A stretch of 64,000 nt of DNA from Parcubacteria group bacterium (GTDB lineage Bacteria > Patescibacteriota > Minisyncoccia > Phycocordibacterales > Phycocordibacteraceae). The translations under genes and the position numbers were made by a program. The notes under the pieces are model-generated. The model was not told the DNA's origin. It made no database searches and saw only the letters and a program-made list of their open reading frames with translations. This document shows, in pieces, positions 19,166 to 28,512 of this stretch; the stretch's first letter is position 1; each line of letters starts with the position of its first letter. The stretch is from assembly GCA_028286605.1 (NCBI GenBank), contig JAQBRE010000003.1:17275-81274 (forward strand), given 5' to 3'.

Positions 19166-19612
19166 TTATGCGATGCGTATGCGCGGACGTATCCCGAATC
19201 CAACCGAACTGCGAAGGGAAACGAGGAACACGGCGACGAGTGCGAGCACGAGCGTGCTTTCGATACTAGGTACCGATTCAACAAGGCTCGCGAAGAACGA
19301 AGTGAAGTGTGCGGAAACGATGCTGCTGTCTGAAACTATCAGTGATGCGTATGCGGTGAAGCCTGATGCGCTTGCTGCCGCCACGAACGCTTGTATGGAA
19401 ATGAAGAGGCCGCCGAATGAAATCAAGCTTATGCCGCCGGAAAGCATACGAACCGTATGTGCCATACGTGCCTGACGAGCCCGTTCGCGGGAAAGGGCAG
19501 TGCGGACACGAATGGTGAGGTCTTCAGGCAGGTCGCTCTGAAGAGCTTCGTGGAGCAGGTCTATACCTTGATGCATATACCCTATACGCGGCTCAGGTTG
19601 GTTATGTTGCAT
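19166..19612 (-). CDS. putative anti-sigma membrane protein
   Basis: Overlaps ECF sigma stop; short cytoplasmic N-terminus plus TMs. Confidence 0.6.
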   Translation of the reverse strand: MQHNQPEPRIGYMHQGIDLLHEALQSDLPEDLTIRVRTALSRERARQARMAHTVRMLSGGISLISFGGLFISIQAFVAAASASGFTAYASLIVSDSSIVSAHFTSFFASLVESVPSIESTLVLALVAVFLVSLRSSVGFGIRPRIRIA

Positions 19613-20162
19613 GGGGAAGGGCTGCTTTTAAACGGAGTAATGCACGGCGATGGATACTGCGAACGGTACTTGCCGGTACTCCTAGTATAGTGGCGATTTC
19701 CTCAAACGGGAGTTCGTCATCATAGCGAAGAGCAAGGAGGGTCTGTTCGCGCGGCGCAAGCTGCGCAAGCGCGTTACGCACTTCTTCCGCAGACTCAGCG
19801 CGCGCGAATAATTCATCGGCGCGTGGTTCGGTATCCGCTTCTCGTTCTGCGAATGTGAGCCCTTCGTCTGATTCTATCTGCGCGAAGGGAAGCGTGCGCT
19901 TCTCTTTTCGCAACAGATCCGTCGCTGCGTTACGTGCAATTTGAAGAAGCCACGGCGCAAGCGGCCGCGCAGGATCGAAACGCTTTATATTGCGCCACGC
20001 CTTCACGAAGGTTTCTTGTGCGGCATCTTCAGCGAGGTCCGGCTTTCCGGTAAACCGTGCGACGAATCGATATACGGAAGGGAGGTGTCGGGCCACAAGC
20101 GTATCGAAAGCAGAATCGTCGCCTGCCTGCGCTTGCTCAATAAGTTCCTGCTCATCCGCCAT
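19602..20162 (-). CDS. ECF RNA polymerase sigma factor
   Basis: AEDAAQETFVKAW, WLLQIARN, region 4 HTH EEIATILGVPASTV. Confidence 0.94.
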   Translation of the reverse strand: MADEQELIEQAQAGDDSAFDTLVARHLPSVYRFVARFTGKPDLAEDAAQETFVKAWRNIKRFDPARPLAPWLLQIARNAATDLLRKEKRTLPFAQIESDEGLTFAEREADTEPRADELFARAESAEEVRNALAQLAPREQTLLALRYDDELPFEEIATILGVPASTVRSIHRRALLRLKAALPHAT

Positions 20163-20212
20163 AGGTGCATATCATGGTACTTCATATACTCCCGATGCGT
20201 TATAAATAAGGT

Positions 20213-20893
20213 ATGAAGGTATTCTCATTTCTTACTGAAGTTTTCGTTCGCGCCTTGCCAGCGCTGGTTGGAATAACGCTCCTTGCCGGCGTGGCCTATG
20301 TGAACGATCAGCAGACGTGGCGCATGATGGCGAATGAACCGCAGGAATGGATAGCGCAAAACGCAGCTAACACCGCTGCACAGCAAACGTCCGCACCGGT
20401 CGCCCCTATAGATACAATCACCGGTACGAATACGCCCGTACTAAACCCCACGCCAGAAGATGCTGCACCACTTCCTGCTACGGCACAAGGATCGCAAACG
20501 CATATAGCGATAGAACGCGATGAAGCGCCGTACACGATTCTGTACAACGCGAAGCGTGATGCGGTTTCCGGAACCGGCTATCTGCACGGTGTTCTTCCGC
20601 AGCTTCCGAGCGGCATCTTCGATGCCGCGGCCAAAGCCGGCGTGAATCGTCTCACCTGGCAGCCTGAACCCGGCGTGCGCCAGGCAATCGTCGTCCTTCC
20701 GATTACAGGCGGACCCCTCACTGGCGGCTTCGTCGTTGCGGGCCGCTCGCTCGCCTATACCGAATGGCAGGAGTCGCAACTCACCCAACGCTGGATTCTT
20801 GGCTGGCTCGCTTCTGCAATCGGAATCCTAATCATCTCAGCGATTATCGCCTTCCTCCATCTTCGCCGCCGCACCGCACCAACACCTGTTTAA
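20213..20893 (+). CDS. hypothetical two-TM protein with extracytoplasmic domain
   Basis: Terminal TMs, TWQPEPGVRQA motif; divergent from sigma gene. Confidence 0.75.
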   Translation: MKVFSFLTEVFVRALPALVGITLLAGVAYVNDQQTWRMMANEPQEWIAQNAANTAAQQTSAPVAPIDTITGTNTPVLNPTPEDAAPLPATAQGSQTHIAIERDEAPYTILYNAKRDAVSGTGYLHGVLPQLPSGIFDAAAKAGVNRLTWQPEPGVRQAIVVLPITGGPLTGGFVVAGRSLAYTEWQESQLTQRWILGWLASAIGILIISAIIAFLHLRRRTAPTPV

Positions 20894-20900
20894 ATAAGAA

Positions 20901-20926
20901 TTCCAACATCGTCCCAGACTGCCAGC
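20901..20926 (+). repeat. cassette-boundary repeat copy A
   Basis: TTCCAACATCGTCCCAGACTGCCAGC. Confidence 0.9.
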
Positions 20927-21050
20927 ATAATTTCTAGAGAGGCATTTTTAGGTGCTTTTGCGAGTACCTCGTAGGGTAAATAATACGCTTCATGAAGACG
21001 AAGGCAACACAAATATGGAACCGCCCGACTTTCGCCGGGCGGCCATGGAG

Positions 21051-21308
21051 TCAGGCGGCATTCGCCTGACGAAGAGCAGAGATGTCGACAACTCGGTAGA
21101 GGGAGATGGCTTCTGCCTTGATCCTTCCACTTGGATCGCGAGCTGAGCGTTCGCGCATGATGCCGATGACTTTTACCAGCGCGGCGTCATCAGATTCAGC
21201 TTCGAAATACTCGACTGACTTTCGGGTAGTCATGCCAGCACGCCGACTTCCTTCGCCGTCATCTCCACCAAAATGCTCGGGCTCATTAAACTCAAACCTA
21301 TAGCTCAT
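21051..21308 (-). CDS. hypothetical protein (cassette ORFan)
   Basis: AAGGA RBS before ATG 21308; hairpin at 21021-21043. Confidence 0.7.
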   Translation of the reverse strand: MSYRFEFNEPEHFGGDDGEGSRRAGMTTRKSVEYFEAESDDAALVKVIGIMRERSARDPSGRIKAEAISLYRVVDISALRQANAA

Positions 21309-21396
21309 AGAGCTTTCCTTCCTTTTGTTTACTGGAGAATCCAGTGCCGAGAACCAATCCCATGTAATCAAATCACTTTCAAGGCAGAAGTGCAAA

Positions 21397-21426
21397 AGGT
21401 TACAACATCGTCCCAGACTAGTCAGC
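21397..21426 (+). repeat. cassette-boundary repeat copy B
   Basis: AGGTTACAACATCGTCCCAGACTAGTCAGC. Confidence 0.85.
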
Positions 21427-21479
21427 TAGTCAAATTTATTTTACGTAGTATAGTCTCTCTGGTTAGAAGGAGAGACACC

Positions 21480-21617
21480 ATGTGCGATGGTTGCAATGAT
21501 CCACGGTGCCAGTTTGGTTGTCTGATCGCGGAGAGCATCAGGGCGAGGGAAGAAAACCCTCAAACTGAAAAGCCGCGCCAGGAATCCTGGTTCCATCGGC
21601 TGTTTCGGTTCTCCTAG
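21480..21617 (+). CDS. 45-aa Cys-rich microprotein (cassette ORFan)
   Basis: AGAAGGAG RBS; MCDGCNDPRCQFGC; terminator-like hairpin follows. Confidence 0.65.
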   Translation: MCDGCNDPRCQFGCLIAESIRAREENPQTEKPRQESWFHRLFRFS

Positions 21618-21676
21618 CGAGAACCTTAAACTTTGAGTCGCCTAGTACCGAAAGGGAACGGCGGCTTTTGTTATGT

Positions 21677-21705
21677 AGGTTCCAACATGGTCCCAGACTG
21701 CCAGC
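21677..21705 (+). repeat. cassette-boundary repeat copy C
   Basis: AGGTTCCAACATGGTCCCAGACTGCCAGC. Confidence 0.9.
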
Positions 21706-21729
21706 ACATATAAAAAGTATGGGTCCCGC

Positions 21730-22050
21730 CTATACAGAGCGGGACCCAGTTCCGAGCAGGTGGATTAGACCTGCTTCGCGCACGAATTCAAAAACATCTT
21801 CTTCGGATAAGAATTCGTCGCTCTGGACGTATATCCAGTCGTCATAATCTTCATCGGTAGGGGTGATGAGGATTTGGTGGATGCCGATGCGAGGAGATTC
21901 ATCGAACCCCTCCCCAGCCAGCTGCTTATCAACCACCTTCATGTAATCGATGCCGCCGTGCGTAGCGAACTCGCGTACCTCTTTGAGGGCTGCAACCCGA
22001 GAGAGTCCGCGTTCCTGATCCCTATCGGGATAGAGTATTTCGTATCTCAT
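21730..22050 (-). CDS. hypothetical acidic protein (cassette ORFan)
   Basis: AGGAGG RBS; terminator overlapping stop. Confidence 0.72.
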   Translation of the reverse strand: MRYEILYPDRDQERGLSRVAALKEVREFATHGGIDYMKVVDKQLAGEGFDESPRIGIHQILITPTDEDYDDWIYVQSDEFLSEEDVFEFVREAGLIHLLGTGSRSV

Positions 22051-22115
22051 ACGAGCCTCCTAAGAACACTCAGTATAACTATACCACCTATTCTAATAAG
22101 AACAAGTCCTCACGA

Positions 22116-22135
22116 AGGTTCCAACATCGTCCCAG
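22116..22135 (+). repeat. cassette-boundary repeat copy D (3'-truncated)
   Basis: AGGTTCCAACATCGTCCCAG, then diverges. Confidence 0.85.
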
Positions 22136-22202
22136 TCAGTAACTATTTATATAAAAGAAAAGCGACCCCCGAAGGAGTCGCTCTGTAGTCGCACAAGCGC
22201 GA

Positions 22203-22616
22203 CTAGGTGGTGCCGATGAAGATGGTCGGCTTGTGGGCAATGCGTGCTGCGGCCAGGAGCATGTCGAGGGCATTGCTGCTTATGCCGTTGCAGCACTTCA
22301 AGAGCTCGATAGTCCTGAGATCGGAAAGCTGGGGAAGCAGGTCAGTCAGTTCACTGGAACCGACCTCACCGAACATCCATGCCACCGTGACGCCGAGTGC
22401 GTCAGCGATGTGACTGAGTCGAGAAGCAGAGATGCGATTCGCACCGCTTTCATACTTCTGGATTTGCTGGAACGTGATGCCTACCTTTTCCGCCAAGGTC
22501 TGCTGGCTCATGTTGAGCTCTTTGCGCCTGACGCGCATACGAGCGCCAACCTGAAGGTCGATCAGATCGGCTGTCTTGGGATTTGCGGAAGAGGGCATTG
22601 TGCTGCCGTCGGCCAT
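22203..22616 (-). CDS. XRE-family HTH regulator, alphaproteobacterial type
   Basis: DLQVGARMRVRR..LNMSQ..LA..VGITFQQIQKYESGANRISASRL; GAGG RBS. Confidence 0.9.
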   Translation of the reverse strand: MADGSTMPSSANPKTADLIDLQVGARMRVRRKELNMSQQTLAEKVGITFQQIQKYESGANRISASRLSHIADALGVTVAWMFGEVGSSELTDLLPQLSDLRTIELLKCCNGISSNALDMLLAAARIAHKPTIFIGTT

Positions 22617-22719
22617 TTGTAACCTCAATGTTCTGTGAATACAGTAGAGACTGGGGACCCAAACCTCTAAATGTATTATATTCTATAATACGGAAAAGTC
22701 AATGTCATCCTATCGCATC

Positions 22720-24666
22720 TTACATACTGCGGATCATGTCCTTCTCGATATCTTCGAAGGTGCCGCCGACCTTCTTGCCTGGGTTGAAGATGTTTTCAGG
22801 ATCGAATATACGCTTCGTTTCTGCGAAAAGGCTCACCATGTCCTGGCCGAACATCTGGGTGAGGTACGGAGTGCGGATGATGCCGTCATTATGTTCGCCG
22901 GTGGTGGAGCCGCCGTATTTAAGAACGATGTCGTAGACCTTCGGCGCGAGTTCGAGGATTATCTTTCTCGATTCAGGCTTAGAAACATCCATGAGCGGAA
23001 TGATATGGAAGTTACCGTTGCCGATGTGTCCGGCAATCGTATATATAAGGTCATATTTGCCAAGGAGCGCATTGAGTTCCGGAAGGAACTTCGGATAGGT
23101 GTCGGGCGGCACGACGAAGTCGTCGATGAACGGGGAAGCGTAGAGTCCCTTCAGGTTCTTGCGGAGAAGCGCAAAGCTTTCGCGACGCACGATCCAATAT
23201 TTCTCTGCAGCCTGTTCGTTCTTCGCGATACGTGTGGGCAGTTTCATCGAGGCGAGGGAAGCGCGCGCATCCTCTGCACGCTTCAGCGCGCGCTCTGCAG
23301 TTTCGTCCGAAAATTCAGCCATCAGGATAAGTTTCGGTATGCCGCCGGTGATTGCCATACCCACTTCAGGAATGAACGAAAGACCGAGGCGTGTGGCGCG
23401 AACAAGACCCATCTGCGAAAGCATTTGCGGCATGAACTGTACGGCAAGCTTCAGTGTGTGGTCGTCATAGGACTCGAATGATTCCGGATTGAACGGCAAG
23501 ACTTTCTTCACGACCTGTGGCAACGGATCGAGGCTCGTAAGGAAGACGATGAGCATGGCTCGATGCTTTTGCGGCTTCACTAACGAAAGCTTCGCTTTCG
23601 TGACGAGCGCGAGCGTCCCCTGCGCGCCACAAATAACTTTCGCCAAGTTGAACGTGCCAGTCTTCGGGTCATGAATATCCCACAATGCGTAGCCTGCAGA
23701 GTTCTTCGTTACATGCGGTCGTGCTTTCTCGATGGTCTTCGCGTTCGTGCTTATGAGTGCGCTCATGCGCTTGTATATAGAACCTTCAAGCGTCGGAAGC
23801 TGCTGCTTCGCAGCGAGTTCGCGTGCATTGAGCGCTTTGAATGTTGTCTGCGTACCATCTGAAAGCACGACATCGACCTCCTCAAGATACCTTGCCGTCT
23901 TGCCGTATTCGAGTGTGCGTTCACCGCCGGAATTATTGTTCACGATACCGCCCATCGCGCAGATTTCGCGCGAAGCAGGGTACGAGGGAAGTATGAAATC
24001 CTGCTTCAGCGTTTCCTTCTCGAAATCACGATAGAACACGCCTGGTTCAGTAACGGCATATCCGTGATCGCCTTCCGTTCCGACGGCGATCACTTTGTTC
24101 ATGTATTTGGTGAATACTGCGACGATAGAATCGGTGAGCGGTCCGCCGCTCATGTCGGTACCTGCCGAACGCGCGGTAACGGAAACATTCATGCCGTGCG
24201 CACGTGCGCCATTCGCTGCCTTTACGAGCTCGCTAACATCGTTCGCATCCTTTGGATAAACCACGAGCTGCGGCATCTTCGTGAAGAGGCTCGTGTCGCG
24301 CGAATACTTCGTGCGTTCTGCACTGCTTTCCTCAACGTCACCGGTTATGTGCGGCTGAATCATCTTGTAGAGCGGTGTGTGCTGTATCGAAACAGCAACC
24401 GGTACTGGCGCAGCGCTGATGCGTGCACGATTTACCTGCGGTCGCACCGGCACTTCGCGTGGTGCCTTCCGTTCTTTCACTGGCTTCATCTTCGGCTCCT
24501 TGATTGCCTTCGGAGCTTTCTGCACTCTCTCTTTCTTCTCGCGCTGTTTCCAGAATCGTTCTCCCGGATGATGCGTTCGCCATACCTCACGTACGGCACC
24601 ATATATGAATGCGAGCAGCACAACGAAACAGAGAATGATAATGAGATAGGCAAGGAGCGCGTACAT
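22720..24666 (-). CDS. FAD-binding oxidoreductase (GlcD/D-lactate dehydrogenase-like) with N-terminal TM anchor
   Basis: ARSAGTDMSG, GGIVNNNSGG, KNSAGYAL, GHIGNGNFH, GEHNDG, FDPENIFNPGK. Confidence 0.9.
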   Translation of the reverse strand: MYALLAYLIIILCFVVLLAFIYGAVREVWRTHHPGERFWKQREKKERVQKAPKAIKEPKMKPVKERKAPREVPVRPQVNRARISAAPVPVAVSIQHTPLYKMIQPHITGDVEESSAERTKYSRDTSLFTKMPQLVVYPKDANDVSELVKAANGARAHGMNVSVTARSAGTDMSGGPLTDSIVAVFTKYMNKVIAVGTEGDHGYAVTEPGVFYRDFEKETLKQDFILPSYPASREICAMGGIVNNNSGGERTLEYGKTARYLEEVDVVLSDGTQTTFKALNARELAAKQQLPTLEGSIYKRMSALISTNAKTIEKARPHVTKNSAGYALWDIHDPKTGTFNLAKVICGAQGTLALVTKAKLSLVKPQKHRAMLIVFLTSLDPLPQVVKKVLPFNPESFESYDDHTLKLAVQFMPQMLSQMGLVRATRLGLSFIPEVGMAITGGIPKLILMAEFSDETAERALKRAEDARASLASMKLPTRIAKNEQAAEKYWIVRRESFALLRKNLKGLYASPFIDDFVVPPDTYPKFLPELNALLGKYDLIYTIAGHIGNGNFHIIPLMDVSKPESRKIILELAPKVYDIVLKYGGSTTGEHNDGIIRTPYLTQMFGQDMVSLFAETKRIFDPENIFNPGKKVGGTFEDIEKDMIRSM

Positions 24667-24680
24667 ATATATAGAATAAC

Positions 24681-25430
24681 TTATCCGGCGAGAAGCTCGC
24701 CGATAACGCGCATCGTGTCTTCAGGATCTTTCACCTGTTGCGTGCGGATGCCGGTCTCCTTCACCACCTCATCGTTGCCGCCCGGATACAGCGCGTCGCC
24801 GATGTACATCGTGTCTGCGATTATGTACGAACGGTATTCGCACAACTTGCGAATGCCGTATGCCTTGTTAATTCCTTTCAACGTAACGTCGATCGAAGTT
24901 GAACCGCCGGTTTTTACGTCGTATTCGGGAAGCATCGGCACGAGCGCGTCGTGCAGCGTGCGCTTCTTAGAACCGTCTGGATCCCACGCTTCTTTCTCTG
25001 CGATAGGTGCTTCTTGGCCAAGTGCAGAGAGCGTTACTTCTGCGCCGCGGAACTCGATGCGATCGCCATATGAATGTGATGCGAGGTCAACGATACCCGT
25101 TTCGCGCATCGCGGTCTCAAGGGTCGTGCATATGCTTTGTGCCTGCGCGTCGGTAAGGCGTTCCTCATATACGGCCTGCCATCGTCCTTCAAGGAATGCG
25201 TAGAGCGCCGCGCCGCTCGTGGGAAGAATGAATAGATGATCGAGCACCGTACCTTCGGGGAGCTGGTCTGCGACTTGTTCCTTAAGCTGTGAGAATTTTC
25301 CGCCAGAGATTATCGCCACGTTCGTACGTGCAAGAAGCTTCGAAAGAAGCTGCGCCATTTCGGGCGTGAGCGGCTGCTTGCTCGCAGCGAGCGTCTTATC
25401 GAGATCGAAGAAAATGAGAGAAGGAAGCAT
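24681..25430 (-). CDS. HAD-IIB hydrolase, phosphomannomutase-like
   Basis: FFDLDKTL, ISGG, IEFR, GGSTSIDV, IGDALYPGGND. Confidence 0.85.
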   Translation of the reverse strand: MLPSLIFFDLDKTLAASKQPLTPEMAQLLSKLLARTNVAIISGGKFSQLKEQVADQLPEGTVLDHLFILPTSGAALYAFLEGRWQAVYEERLTDAQAQSICTTLETAMRETGIVDLASHSYGDRIEFRGAEVTLSALGQEAPIAEKEAWDPDGSKKRTLHDALVPMLPEYDVKTGGSTSIDVTLKGINKAYGIRKLCEYRSYIIADTMYIGDALYPGGNDEVVKETGIRTQQVKDPEDTMRVIGELLAG

Positions 25431-25431
25431 A

Positions 25432-27363
25432 TTAGTTCTTTACGAGGAGACGGCTCATAAGCTTTGAAACGGAGAACGTAGCGACACCCAGCTTACTGTC
25501 TGCACCGCCGTAATACACGAAGAGCGTATCATCACGGCGCACGATGCCGCAGGTGAATACGACATCGCCGATCTGCCCGTGCTTCTCCCAATCATCGAGC
25601 GGCTCGAGTATCGGCGCAACCATGCGCGAAATGACCCGTTCGGCAGCGTCATCAAGTAATGCGGCTCCAAGCCTGTACGTCTTCTTGTCTGGTGCGATAG
25701 CGTGATAAATGAATAGCCAGCCTTCAGGAACTTTCAGCGGCGCTGAACCGGCACCTATCTTATGGCCGTCCCACATGCCCGGGCGCGGACCCATAAGATC
25801 GAAGGCGCGGTCTATGGTGTGAATCTTGTCGAGGGAATCGAACATCTCGATACAGATGTTCGGATCAAGGCGATGCATCACCGCGACCTTTCCGTTGATG
25901 CGTTCGGGGAAGATGCATACGTCTTTGTCTGCAATTCCTTCAGGGGTGATGAGCTTCGGCGTGGACCAGTTCTTGAATTTCTTCGCGACGAAATCCTGTA
26001 TAGGAATACTGCTTATCGCGCCGCGTACCGATACACGCCCATCGTAGGCGGTGTAGCAAACGGTGAGCGTGTCATCAAGCAGCGTAAGGCGTGGATCTTC
26101 GCAGCCGGAGTTTCCGTCGGGCGCGCCTCCTTTCGCTTCGAATGATTCGCGCGGCGTGTACGCAGGCGTGTCGAGGCGCTCGGTAACGTGAATGCCATCT
26201 TCAAGGCGCGCGTATCCCATAACCGAGGTCGAGTCCGCACCCATGGCGCGGTACAGCAGATGCACTGAACCGCTGTGATCGATTGCTGCGGCATTGAATA
26301 CCGCGCGTGATTCCCATGCGTGTTCAGGAATAGGAGAGAGTATCGGATTACCTTCAGCGCGCGTACCGAAATTACGGCGACTGGTTTCGCTCATCGATTC
26401 TATAAGCGCAGAAAGAGAAAGCGTTGCCGTTGCGCAGGAAGTGTCAGCAGCGCCGTAATATACGTGCAGCGTGTCGCCATCGAGGCTCGCGCCGGAAGGG
26501 AATACGACGTTGCCGACGATGCCGTATCGTTCGTAGGATTCTTCCGGCACCATGAATGGATATTCCGTCTTGCCGATAACCTTGCGTGGATCATTCGCGT
26601 CAAGCAACAATGCTTCGACGCCAAAGATACGACGATGCTCGTCGTAATAATCCTGTATGTGCGAATACACGAGCAGCCACCCTTCCTTCACGCGTAGCGG
26701 CGTAGCCGCTACTTCCATATGTTCCGTATCGTTACGGCGAATATCCGGAAGTGCATGTTCAGGAAGATGCGCATGCCATTCCTCCCAGAACGAAGGATTC
26801 CAGAAGTCTTCGATATTCTTCGAGCGCGCGATGCCGATGGTGGAGGTGGGGTAATCCGCAGTCCAGTCGGTATGCGCCGTGACCATAAGAACGGCGTCGC
26901 CATCGATGCGTTCAGGGAATAGCGTGGCAGCTTTGGCATTGAAGGGTGTGACGATATGCTTCTCGGTGAGCTCGTTCGGAAGCGTACCAATAGCGACTGC
27001 GCATTTAATGTTGTCCGGTCCGAACGGATATCCGCCGAGCGCGGTATAGAACACGTACCACTTTCCTTCGAAGAAGGTCGCGCGCGGGTCTTCGCATCCG
27101 TACTTCTCCCAGTCTTCGGTCGGCTCGATTACTTGCGCGCGCTCCTCGAAATCTAAGTCGCCGTGCCCGGCAGAATAGCCGATCGTAGAGAACCCATGAT
27201 GCGGCGTCCGCAGGACGTCCGGTTCTCCCATCGCTCTATAAAAAAGATGTGTCGTGCCATCCTTGTGCACGACGGTGGGATTAAACGCACCGATCGCTTC
27301 ATACGCGCGGTTACGCGATGGCACAATTATAGGGTTGTTTTTTGAGCGGGTGACGATGAACAT
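25432..27363 (-). CDS. tandem double GH130 glycosidase/phosphorylase
   Basis: Two copies of NPI...FN...YRA...GCEDPR...FPERI.G...VVF. Confidence 0.9.
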   Translation of the reverse strand: MFIVTRSKNNPIIVPSRNRAYEAIGAFNPTVVHKDGTTHLFYRAMGEPDVLRTPHHGFSTIGYSAGHGDLDFEERAQVIEPTEDWEKYGCEDPRATFFEGKWYVFYTALGGYPFGPDNIKCAVAIGTLPNELTEKHIVTPFNAKAATLFPERIDGDAVLMVTAHTDWTADYPTSTIGIARSKNIEDFWNPSFWEEWHAHLPEHALPDIRRNDTEHMEVAATPLRVKEGWLLVYSHIQDYYDEHRRIFGVEALLLDANDPRKVIGKTEYPFMVPEESYERYGIVGNVVFPSGASLDGDTLHVYYGAADTSCATATLSLSALIESMSETSRRNFGTRAEGNPILSPIPEHAWESRAVFNAAAIDHSGSVHLLYRAMGADSTSVMGYARLEDGIHVTERLDTPAYTPRESFEAKGGAPDGNSGCEDPRLTLLDDTLTVCYTAYDGRVSVRGAISSIPIQDFVAKKFKNWSTPKLITPEGIADKDVCIFPERINGKVAVMHRLDPNICIEMFDSLDKIHTIDRAFDLMGPRPGMWDGHKIGAGSAPLKVPEGWLFIYHAIAPDKKTYRLGAALLDDAAERVISRMVAPILEPLDDWEKHGQIGDVVFTCGIVRRDDTLFVYYGGADSKLGVATFSVSKLMSRLLVKN

Positions 27364-27369
27364 AAATAA

Positions 27370-28512
27370 CTATGCGAGCGCCATTTGCGGCGTACCGTGC
27401 GTCATGAGCGTATCAAGAAAACTGCCGATCGGTGCGCTTGCTGAACAGACGACATTATCGCCGCCGCCATAATACACGCGGAGCGTGTCGTCTTTTATCG
27501 TTGCGCCGCAGCCGTATACGATTCCTGGCTTTCCTTCATTCTCATACGTAGCGTCAGGTACGAGCACTGGCAACGGCGCGCGCGCGATTATCTTCGTCGG
27601 ATCAAGCAAATCAAGAAGCGCTGCACCCATCTTATATTTGTGAGTCTCATCGTCATTCGCGTGATAGAGGAAGAGCCAGCCGAATGCTGTCTTAATCGGT
27701 GGCGGGCCGATGCTGCGCATGCGCTTGTGCCACGCGATCGTGCGATCAGGCATCGCATGAGGATTCGGGCTATCGATATGAGGAGAATCTGCGCCGATGC
27801 GCATCGGGTCGTTCATGTATTCGATGCGCACGCGATTCTCGTCGTCCGTATGCAGATTATGCATAAGCGCGAACTGTCCGTTCACTTTTTCAGGGAAGAG
27901 CACCCAATTCTTATGACGCTCGCCGGCAGGTGAAAGGAATGATGGCTTGCTCCAGTTCCAGCGATGGTTTATGAGGTCGTCGACATCAAGGGTGATTGCC
28001 GCGACGCGCATATTGTCCCAGCCGTCGAACATATTGAACGTCAGGTACAATTTATTATCTATGATGACGGCGCGCGGGTCTTCCGTGCCGCCCCAGCTAC
28101 CACCAGAAGGATACTGTACCGGGTCATAGCGATAATGAACGCCATCACGCAAGCCATCGGCAGCGTATACCGGAAAGGGAAGACGCTCATCAAAATTAAC
28201 GCCGTCCTTAGAGGAGGCATAGCCGATACGCGATACGCCGTCCGCACCTACGGCACGGTAGAACATATGCGTCCTTCCTCCAGCTTCAACGATCGCGGGA
28301 TTCAGCACTGATTCTTTTTCCCAGTGATAAGAACCGGTTCTAAGGATAGGATTCATCGCATTGCGCACGAGCTCCAGCGCTTCCTGCACCACTGCCTGTA
28401 TGCGCGGCTGTGAGAAGAACGCATGCAGCATCTGCCACAGTCCATAGAAAAAGAGGCCGGTGACGGAGAACGCTATGAATACTGCGACGAAAAAGATTAT
28501 GAGATCACTCAT
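27370..28512 (-). CDS. GH130 family glycosidase/phosphorylase with N-terminal TM
   Basis: NPIL, VLNP, FYRA, GTEDPR, KNWVLFPEK, YYGGGD. Confidence 0.9.
   Translation of the reverse strand: MSDLIIFFVAVFIAFSVTGLFFYGLWQMLHAFFSQPRIQAVVQEALELVRNAMNPILRTGSYHWEKESVLNPAIVEAGGRTHMFYRAVGADGVSRIGYASSKDGVNFDERLPFPVYAADGLRDGVHYRYDPVQYPSGGSWGGTEDPRAVIIDNKLYLTFNMFDGWDNMRVAAITLDVDDLINHRWNWSKPSFLSPAGERHKNWVLFPEKVNGQFALMHNLHTDDENRVRIEYMNDPMRIGADSPHIDSPNPHAMPDRTIAWHKRMRSIGPPPIKTAFGWLFLYHANDDETHKYKMGAALLDLLDPTKIIARAPLPVLVPDATYENEGKPGIVYGCGATIKDDTLRVYYGGGDNVVCSASAPIGSFLDTLMTHGTPQMALA

Noticed and set aside
20901-22135. CRISPR array reading of the 29-bp repeats
   Set aside because: Intervals are 280-500 bp, irregular and gene-containing; no cas genes in the window.
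20901-22135. Classical integron attC or dif/pdif sites
   Set aside because: No RYYYAAC...GTTRRRY inverted core, no XerC/D-like dyad, no intI; genes lie in both orientations.
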